Below are positions 42,401 to 53,200 of a DNA stretch of 64,000 nt, piece by piece (positions within the stretch are counted from its first letter, which is position 1; every line of letters starts with the position of its first letter). The notes under the pieces are model-generated. The model did no database searches, was not told the origin of the DNA, and saw only the letters and a list, made by a program, of their open reading frames with translations. A program made the position numbers and the translations under genes. The stretch spans positions 165,123,025 through 165,187,024 of the forward strand of contig NC_058132.1 in NCBI RefSeq assembly GCF_016433145.1, read 5' to 3'. This DNA comes from Gracilinanus agilis (taxonomy: Eukaryota).

Positions 42401-44619
42401 GTGTGAGAGATGTCAGTCCTGTCTTTGAACACCCCAGACATAGGAAGGGGAACAAGCAATGCTGAAGGAAGGTCTTTAAAAATGGTGCCTATTTTTAGTG
42501 GTTAGGATCTTTCTTAGAATTGAAGTTATCTCCTAGGTCTTCACTGTTCTCCCACTCTGCTCGTTTTAGGAAGAATTTGATCTCATACCTGAAACTCCAG
42601 AATATTTGCCCTTATCTTATTTTCTTCGAAGGAGTCTTTAGCTTCCTTTCCAGGATATAAAGGAGAATAGGACAGGGCCCTAGAAGCCCAAACATCATCA
42701 AATCAATTAAAAGCTTGCCTCACTGAAGGTAACCTAGGACAACCTTAATTTCTCAGTATCCCAGACAACTTCCCAAGACCATCAACTGGAGAGTAGATGC
42801 TGATCAGTTTTGGTATGTAGGAGTAAAAATGAATGAGTACTCCTAGTGTTTTAAAATATATATATATATATGTATATATATATAATATGTACATATGCAC
42901 ACACACACAGATATATATATATATAATTTAATAATAAACAAAAAGAGGAGAAAAAGAAAAGGAAAAGAATTTTTTTAGGAAAGTGAGCAAAGCAAAGAGA
43001 GCCAGAGACTCACACCTGCAGCACTTTACTAAAGCAAAGCCCAAAAAGAGCCCCATAGTGTGGGTTTCAGCCAAATTTATCTACGAAGCCTCTGTACATC
43101 AAATGAGGATGTACTTAAAAGGATGCTGAAAATGTAGCTCAGGTGTGGCAAATTTTTCACCTGCACACATATCTATAGTTCTTTATTGAGAGTTCCCCAT
43201 ATCAATGATGTTGGAGGAAGAGAAGGGGAGAGAGACAGAGACAGAGACAGAGGGATAGTGATGCTCATATGAACTCTTCTCCTAAGCCCCTCCTTACCTT
43301 GTAATGTGGTGGTGGAAAAAACTAAACTTTAATTAAGGAGGTGGCAACAACAAAATTTGCAACGGACAGGCAATGGAGTTTTCAATAAAATTAGCAGCAT
43401 ACTTAAGGATTCCAAAATGAAGAATTTGGAAGACCCTTGTATCTCTTTTGTTGATCCAATTTAGCTATCCCTTTGTATTTCTTCTTTCTGTCTCTGTTCC
43501 TTTTATTCTTGCTCTGAGTCTAAGGTTCAGGGATGTCTTGTCTGTGGTTAAGAAAAGAGGAATGCCAGCCAGGTGTACAGATCCTGTAAAAGAGGTATAA
43601 GAGAATAATGAGTAACAAGTTGTTAGAAACTCTTCTGCCAAGACCCCAGAAATTAGCCTTGGCCTCCCCACAGCAAACTCCAGGAAATGACTGAGATTCC
43701 AGACCTGGGAGGAAAAGAGTCATAAGCAAAAGTTCTGTTTATTTCTAGGAGAAAAAATAGTCTCCGTGAAGAGGGATAGAAGTGAAGAAGGGTATAGGGG
43801 TCTTTAGGAGCTATTTCACTCTCAGGCAAAGACATAAGGCATTAAACTATAACTATATAGCTTGTACTCCACCCAAGTCAATGGATCTCCCCACTCAACA
43901 TATCTACCTATTCCTGGTCTTTCCCTAGAAACTTGGAGTCTGGAAGTCACACAAAAACATACCCATGTGCCCCTTCCCTAACCCAACTCCCATAGCTCCA
44001 CCAAATTTGTCACATTTTGATGTTATGTCCCTACCAATCTCCCTGCTATGGCACCATGAGGCCATGCTTCTGATCCCTCCCTCCCTTCTGCCTCCTAAAG
44101 AGGTCCCATAGGGAACAATGGGATGTGGTTTATGATTCAAGGACTTCAAGAAGAATACTTTTTAGAGGACTACGGTTAAAAGATGACTAATCACAGAATT
44201 ACAGAATTTCAGAATGGGAGGGGACATTAGTTTCCAATAAACCATACCCAGAAGAGTCCCCATTACCAAATGTACAACAAGTGATCAACCATTCTCCTTA
44301 AAGACCTTCAGTGAATTCCTTATTTCTTAAAGCAGCTTGTTCTGTTTTTATATAATTTTAACCAGGTTTTTTTTTTTCCTTGACATCAAACCTATTTGTC
44401 TTTTTGCAATTTCCACTCATTATTCTTAATTCTGCCCTTTCAGAGTTAAGGTTAGCATTAGTATTGGCAGATTTGAATTGGGGGTTTGGGGGGAGGCAGG
44501 CAAGTCAAGACAAAGACCAGGGCCAGGTACAAGGGCAAGTCTAAAGGATCAAGGTTAGAGAATTTGACTCCTGTCTCTTTCTTTAGTACTTCCAAGGAGA
44601 TTAGTCCCTGTAACTGGGC

Positions 44620-44831
44620 CAGGCAGGAAGCAACGATTTCCTCAATGCTGCTTCCCTCTTAGGACAGGATTTATGGTTACAAACAACCGGTGCCCCGCCC
44701 AGCCATCCTCCTCCCTTTCCTCTTCCCCCCTCCCTCAATGAGCTCAGAGCAGCCGAACGCATTGCATGGGATAGAAGGGTCTAATAGACCCAGGGGTCCT
44801 TTGGGCCTTGTATGGAGAACTGAGACCAGGA
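44620..44831 (+). promoter_or_regulatory. ROBO4 proximal promoter / 5'UTR
   Basis: ETS core CAGGAAGC at 44624-44631 and GC box GCCCCGCCC at 44692-44700, just upstream of exon 1. Eutherian ROBO4 promoters are known to use ETS and SP1 sites. Confidence 0.5.
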
Positions 44832-44901
44832 ATGAACCCAGAAAGAATGAAAGTCCCAGAGACCTGTTTGTCCTTGTCTCTCCTGCTCCTGTTTATCACA
44901 G
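44832..44901 (+). CDS. ROBO4: ROBO4 exon 1 (signal peptide)
   Basis: [23 protein letters not shown], 70 nt, donor CAG|GTGAGT, phase 1. Confidence 0.85.
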
Positions 44902-47218
44902 GTGAGTCTAGATTGATGGAAAGGGTCCCCTCTTCACCTTTCTTCCCTTTCTTTGTTCTATCTAGTATACTTGCCTTTTGATTAAACCCTACTGAAGAAG
45001 AGAGGTGAAGGATTCTACTGCTCTGCTTGGGGATATGAAGAAGAATATATGGCCTACTTGGCTCTCTGACAACATGAGGGAGATGGGGTAGAAAGGTTTA
45101 TAACTCAGGGATTTGGGGACTTGATGTATCCTGAGTAAAAGCACATAGATGAAGCTAACATTCAAATGAGAACTATAGTCGTTGTAACATCTTAGGAGTC
45201 CTCAAATGAAGGACCCTGAGCTAGACTCTATGGCCAAGGACTTCCCATCCCAAATCCTTCTCCATCCTGAGGGCCTGTCCATCAGATGTTTGACCCTAGC
45301 TAGGCTAAGCTGCCATGTTTCAGACCAATCTCCTTCCACCTCTTCCAAGGGCTTGGAAATGAGAAGTCGTTGAGCATTCCATCTCCCTTCCAACCTCCTT
45401 GGCCCAGACCACCTTCCTTCCTCTTGCATCTCACAGCCAAGAGCCAGAACTGCCCTGACCAAGACTTTAAATCAGGCCTGGGATCTCTACCTGTGAGTCT
45501 AGTAACCCATAGCTATTAACAAGTATTCTAGGATCTCTAGAATACTTTTTTGTTTGTGAGGGCCAATGCAAGAAAGATACCTCAGGGAGAGAGGATCTTG
45601 AGAGTAGGGGAGAGTCTGGAAATCAAAGGATTGCTAAAGGGGGGGGGACATGGAGGTCTATTTGGTGGGGACCCTACATTTGGAAACAAGGCGGTTTGAC
45701 TGAATGAATGAAAAGGTTAAATGATAAATAGGGAATTTTTCAATAGCATTTGGAGGGAATAACAGCTAATATAGAATCTTGTGGGAGTAGGAATGATTCC
45801 AGAGTAGGAAGGTAAGTTGGGAGTCCTATCTTTTCCCATATCTTCTACCACCTTTTCCCACAGCCTTTCATACTAGTTTCCAGCTTCAAGGCCAGGATGT
45901 GGTAGCAGTGGTAGGGGAGCAAGTAGTTTGAGAATTTGGATCACTCTAGGCCCAAGGTCTCCCAGAGAAAGGATGGATAGCCTTTGGTGCCAGAGTCATG
46001 ATATTATTGGTAATTTAGGTCACAGACTCTGAAGGAATTCTGATGGATTCACAGCAGTGCAAGGAATCTGCCCCCCCCCCAGTCCCTCTTCATTTTTGCC
46101 AATTAAACCAGATAAGCACCCCATTATACTATCATCCCTTAAATATACACTGGATTTTTATTTCTGCTCTAAATGTCTCCTATCTCACACATCTGCCTTT
46201 CTATCCCCTCCTTAGCTGTCAAGCATAGTTCAACTTTATTCAAAGATTTACTGACAAGGAAAGTATAAAATTTAGAATGTGAATAGTAGGGTTCAAGAAT
46301 GATCACATTGCTCAAAAGTCAACTGGCTGGCAAAAATTTCCCAACACTAAATTTCCTAATAAAATCTAGTCTCCTGATCATTTTATTCAGGTCTTGGTGC
46401 TAGTATATTCATGGCTTCTGTTATATTGGAATAAAAAACCTTCATCCTTTGAGGCAGTGCAATAAAATGGAAAGCATGCTAGAGCTACCATCAGGGAACC
46501 TGGACTCAAATCTTGCCAAATTCCAAGTCTTTGGAAAAGTCACTTATCCTCTCTGGCTTCAGATTTTGTTTTCATTTATACAGTGAAAGGGTTGGACTAT
46601 ACAATCTCTAGTATCTCTTTCCATTCCAAATCGTTGAGCCCATAAGGCAAGGAAGTATTCTCCCATTCTCAAACTTAGAAAGACCTACCATAAAACTCAG
46701 ACCAATCCCTTAGCTCCTTGTGCCATCTGGCCTGCCTCACCATGACAGCACGTTAGTGTTATAATAAGCTGTATGCCCCCAATGAAAGGGTATGGGACGC
46801 TGATATGCGGTTCAACTCCAGCAAACCATCTATACTTACACCATCCTCTTTCAATGTAAATGAAATCATAACAAAGACTATCATTATACCTCTTCCCTAC
46901 AAAGTATCAGAAAAATTTACATAGCCAACAACTTATTACAGAAAATATTAATTACCATTTCTCTCTAAAATTCATAACAAAGTAAAACTATATATATATA
47001 TACATATATATACATATATATATATAGAGAGAGATAAGTATATATAGCTATCATTTCATCCTTATTAACTTCTTGCACTTAGTAACCATTTCACAGCTAC
47101 ACTGAGGACTTTAAAGAGTAGATTAGTTAGCAGACAAATATAGGAACAGTAGACACACATTTTAGAATATCCCCAAACCTTCTCAAGCCAGTTTCTTTTA
47201 GTCTTAGGCTCTCCCTTC

Positions 47219-47272
<54 letters not shown>

Positions 47273-50200
47273 ATTTTGGGGAGCAGACACTGGAGGGGAA
47301 AATGGAAGGGAAGTCCCAGAGGCTGGACTTTCAAAATTGCTCCTTAAAACTAAAGATGTAACTCCCACAGACTCATGTTCAAATGTATATGGCACCTCCT
47401 CTGTACTATCTCCCCTACTTATACTCACACTTTGGTATTAGATACCCAAGTTGATGTTCAGCATCCCTACTGGACATATTGTTTAATTGGGCTTTCTTGG
47501 GTTGTTCCACTCTGCAGTTTAACTCTACATTGCCAGAACTAGTCATTTCTTATAGGAAAATAGTATTCCATCACAATAATATACCTCAATTTGTTCAGCC
47601 ATTCCCCAGCTGATGGATATTCCCTTCAATTTCCAAATCTGTGCCACCACAAAAAGAGCCTCTATAAATATTTTGTACAGATAGGTCTTTCCCCCTTTTC
47701 TTTCATCTCTTTTTGGATCTCTCTAATGCTAGGTTAAAGGGTTTTATAGTTCTTTGGGTATAATTACAAATTATTGTCCAGAATGGCTGGACCAACTTAC
47801 AACTCCATCAACAATGCATTATTAAGAACAACTAGGTGGCTAGTGGATTGAGAGCTGTGGCCAGAGATAGGAGGTTCTGGGTTCAAATCTAGCTTCGAAT
47901 ATTTCCTAGCTGTGTGATTCTGGACAAGTTGATTAATCACCATTGCCTAGGTTTTACCACTCTTCTGCCTTGGAACTAAAATTGAAAGTTAGATTTTAAA
48001 ACAACAACAACAACAACAAAAATCCAATGCATTAGGGTCTCTATTTTTTCACAGCCCCTCCAGCATTTTTTCCCTTTTTTCTGTCATATCATCTAATAGC
48101 AGTGTGAAGTGGCACTTCAGAGTTGTTTTAATGAGCCTTTTTCTGATCAATAGTGATTTGGAGCATTTTTTCATATTATCATTAATAGTTTTGATTTCTT
48201 CTGTCAAAAACTGCCTATTTGTATCCTTTGACCATTTTGTAATTTGGGGAATAAATGGCTCTTATTTGTGTAAATTTGACTTAGTTCCCTAAATAGTTGA
48301 GAAATGAGGCCTTTATAAAAAATTTACTATATATAAAATATTTTAAAATATTACTTTATTGTCTATAGCACCTTTTAGCAAAATACAGTTTCCCTGGCTA
48401 TCCCTTAATTAGGCCCATTTTTGCTTTTGCTATGTCTGAGATCAAAATGGTGCCTTTTTAACTTGCCTTTTTAACTTCAGCTAAAAGCATAATAGATTCT
48501 ATTCTAGCCCTTTATTTTAACTCTGTGTATGTCTTTCTGTTTTAAGTGTGTTTCTTCTAAATATGTTATTGGATTCTGGTTTCTAATTCATTCTGCTATT
48601 GGCTTCCATTTAATGGATGAGTTTATTCATTCGCATTCATAGTTGTGATTAATAACTATGCATTTCCCATCATTCTATTTTCTTTGTTTCTGATTGCTGC
48701 CTCCTTTAACCTGTTCTGCCTTTTATCACAGCCTGTTTTTTTATCTCCTTCTCCTCCTGCTTCTCTGTTGGGTAAGATAGATTTCTATACACAATTAATT
48801 ACATATACACATATATGTATATATATTCTTCCTCTTTGAACCAATTCTGATAAGATTGAGACTCAAGCATTGCCTATCAATCCCACTTCTCCCCTCCACT
48901 GTAAAAGCTTTCCCTTCCATGGCTCTTTTACATGAGATTATTTTCTCCATTCTTCCTCTCCCTTCTCTCAATGCATTTTTCTTTCTCATCTCTTTTTTTA
49001 TATCATTCCAACATAACTGATTCACAACCATGCCCTCTATGTGTTGTTGTTTGGTCATTTCAGTCATGCCCACTTTTCATTACTCTATTTGAGTTTTCTT
49101 GGCAAAGATACTGGAATAGTTTACCATTTCCTTCTACAGCTCATTTTTACAGATGAGGAACTGAAGCAAACAGGATTAAGTGACTTGTCCAGGTCACATA
49201 ACTAGGAAATATTTGAGGATAGATTTGAACTCAAGTCTTTCTGGAAAGACTCCAGGCCTGGCACTCTATCCACTCTACCACCTGGTTGCCCTATCTATGT
49301 AGATTCCTTATAACTGCCCTAATAATAATAAAATTCTTAGGAGTTACATGTATCATCTTCTCACATGGAATGTAAACAGTTTAACCTTAATTGAATCCTT
49401 TATGATTTCTCTTTCATGTTTGTTTTCTTATGCTTCTCTTGAGGTTTGTCTTTGAATGTCAAATCTTCTATTTAGCTCTGGTTTGGGGGGAATTTTTTTT
49501 GAGGGGGGAGTCAGGAATGCTTGAAAGTGCTCTATTTCATTAAGTATCCATTTTTCATCCAGAAGGATCATATTAAGGTTTGATGAGTAGGTTATTCTTG
49601 GTTGTAATCCAAGTTTCTTTGCCTTTCAGAATATCATATTCCAAGCCCTCCACTTTAATATGCAAGCTGACAAGTATTGTGTGATCCTGATTATGGCTCC
49701 ACAATATTTGAACTGTTTCTTTCTGGATACTTGCAAGGCTCTTTGGCCTGGGAGCTTTGGAATTTGGCTAAATAGTTTTTATTTGGGGATCTTTTTCAAG
49801 AGGTAATTGGTGGATTCTTTCCATTTTTCTTTTACCCTCTGGAACTAACATATCGTGGAAGTTTTCCTTTATAACTTCTTGAAATGTGATACCTAGGATC
49901 TTTTTTTTGGGACATGGTTTTAAGGAGTCCAATAATTTTAAAATTATTTTTCCTCAATCTATTTTCCAGATCACTTGTTTGATGAGATGATATTTCATAT
50001 TTTCTTCTGTTTCATCATTTTTTGGACTTTCCCCACTAAAACCCTTACCTTCTGTCTTGGAATTAATACTGTATATTGGTGCCAAGGCAGAAGAGTACTA
50101 AGGGCACGGAAATTGGAGTTAGGTGACTTGCCCAGGGTCACATAGCTAGCAAGTGTCTGAGGTCAGTTTTGATCCCAGGATCTCCCATCTCAAGGCCTGG

Positions 50201-53200
50201 CTTTTTTATCCACTGAACCACTTAGCTCTCCCCATTCTTTTGACTTTTAAAAAATTGTTCTTGATGTCTCATAGAGGCATTGGCTTCTACTTCCTCGATT
50301 CTAATTTTAAAAAAATATTTGCATCAGTGAATTTTTGTCTCTTTTACCATTTGGCCAATTCTGTTGTTTTTTTAATTGTTATTTTCTTTAGTATTTTTAT
50401 GCCTCTTTTATCAAACTGTTAATTTTCATAATTTCTTTTTGCATCACTCTCATTTCCTTTCCTAATTTTTCCTCTACCACTCTTATCTCTTTAACTCTTC
50501 CAAGAATTCTCATTGGGTTTGTATCTGATTTGCTTTTTTTCCTTTGAGGTCTTGCTTACAGCTATTTTCACATTGTTGTCTTTTTCTGAGTTTTATTGGT
50601 CTTCCCTGCCACAATAGTACCTTTTTCTGGTCAAGTTTGTTAGTTGGTTGGTTGGTTGCTCATTTCCCCATCCTATTTCCTGGCTTTGACCTTTTTTGTT
50701 AAAGTTGGGCTCTGCTCACCTGAGAATGTGGAGAAACATCATCCCAAGCTTCAGGCTTTTTTATGTTGCTACTTTCAGAGCTCATTCTGGAGGACTGCAA
50801 GTTTTTGGTGCTTCCAAGGTGATGTGAGCTGAGGAAAGGTATATGTTCTGGTTTTTGCTCTCATCTTTACCAAGGAATAGTCCCTAACTGACTGCAGCAG
50901 CAAGTGCTAGCACTCTTCTTGACCCTGGAATTTTGACCAGATCTCCTGCTCTCCTATGGCTTTAAGATAGTGCTCCTCTCCAATCTGAATCTATTACCCA
51001 GAACTAGGTATGGGTACTAGAGTTGCCAAATAGTATCAGGTCCTCCATCCAGTGCCAGCAAAGGGATTTCTATACATTTCTTTCTGACAAATTGTCTGAC
51101 CCCCTTACCATCTCTGAGATGAGAGCTCCCAAAATCGCTACTGCTTTTGCTTTAGCAAAAGGACTATGTGCTTCAGGTTGACTCCCACCTTGGTGTCAAA
51201 ATTTCTCCTGCTGGTACCCTAAGTTGTCTTAAGCTGGAAAGCTATCTTACTGGTTCTTCCACTACAAAATTTGATTTGAGCCATAATTTTAAAGTTATTT
51301 GGAGGAGAACATTAGGAGAGTTTAGCTAGGTTGCTACCTCTACTCCACCATCTTGGCTCCATCCCACTTCATAAAGTTATGACTTTGTACTTTGTTGGTA
51401 TATTAATACCTTGTATATTTGGTTATTCTTCCTTTACTTTCTCTGATTCTTTCAAGCTGGAGGAGGGAAAAGGGAAACACCAAATCCTCTTCCCCTCTAA
51501 ACATATACATGCACACAAATTTGTAACACAACCAAAGAGAGCCTCCTTTGGTGAATCTTCATCCAAGTCATACCTCCTAACCATGGGTATCCCTTTTCTT
51601 CTGGGTCCTCTTTTCTTCCCACTTTATACCATTTCATTTGGTGATCTCATCAGGTCTCACAGATTCATTTCTAATCTCTATGCTGACGATTCCTACACTT
51701 TCTTAACCAACCTTGACCTTATTCCTAACCTCCAATCACAAATCTCTGTCTATTAGATATCTAGAAGTGGAAGTCTCATAGACATCTTAAAAATCAATTT
51801 ATTCAAAACAAAACTCATTATCTTCCCCACCCCATCCCCCAATGCTTCCTCTCTCCCTAACTTTCCTATTACTGTCAAAGGCACCAACATCTATCTTCCT
51901 AGTCACTTAGGCTCAAACCCCAACTGTTATTTCCTCACTCTCTAACCCCTTCCCCAAGCCAATGTATTCTTTCTTCATAACATCTCTCCTATATGGCTCT
52001 TTCTCTCCTCTGACACTGCCACCTTTGGGCAGGCTCTCATCATCTCATACCTGGATTATTGCAATAGTTTTCTATTTTCTCTGTTTCAGGCCTTTGCCAG
52101 CTCTAGTCCATCCCTTATGTAAGTGTCAAGTTCGCCCTCCGAAAGTGAAGATCCAGGATCAAATAAAAAATTGTCTTTCATTCAAGGCCTTTCATAATTT
52201 GGCTCCTTTATAACTTGGTTCCATTCTTTCTACATCAAACTCCTACTTCCTATCCCCCATGTACTAGTGACATTGACTTCTTTGATGTTCCTTGCTCAAA
52301 ACATTCTGTCTCCAGACTGGATGTTTTCCCTGGCTATACCCATGTTTGGAATTCTCTTCCTATTCATCTTCATCTCCTGTTCTCCCTCTGAGGCCTTGAT
52401 AAAATACAATCTTCTACAAGAAGCATGTTCTGATCCCCCTTAATGCGAATGTCATTATTTTGTTGATTTTCTCCAACTTGTCTTTGACAGAGTTTGTTTC
52501 TACTTTGTTGTTTGCATATTCTCTCCTCTATTAGGCTGTGAGCTCCTTATGAATAGAGACTAATTTTTTGTTTAATTTGTGTTGTTGTTATTTTGCCTTT
52601 ATTTCTATTTTTAGTGTTTAACACAGTACTTGGCACATAGTAGCATAGTTCTTGGCACACGATTAAATGCTTATTGACTGTCAGACCCCATTCCCACCTT
52701 TGTCCACAGAGATTACTAGAGGATTAAACAAAGAGGAGCAATGCAGTGATTCCTGTGTATGTATGTGTGTATGCGCGTGCAAGAGTGTGCACCTGCTTGT
52801 GCTCCATGCACATAGCAACCAAGTCAGTAGGACAGAGGGAAAGCTGAGCAGTTTGGTGGTTGTTTGAGGTGAAGGGATGGGTGAAAAGGTCTATGGAGAA
52901 TAAGAAGCTGAGATAGCAATTGTGTGAAATCAGAGGTTAAGGTCAGGATGAATGGGGAAAGGGGGTCAAGGGTTAAATTGAATGGAGTGAGGATCTNNNN
53001 NNNNNNNNNNNNNNNNNNNNNNNNNNNNNNNNNNNNNNNNNNNNNNNNNNNNNNNNNNNNNNNNNNNNNNNNNNNNNNNNNNNNNNNNNNNNNNNNNNNN
53101 NNNNNNNNNNNNNNNNNNNNNNNNNNNNNNNNNNNNNNNNNNNNNNNNNNNNNNNNNNNNNNNNNNNNNNNNNNNNNNNNNNNNNNNNNNNNNNNNNNNN

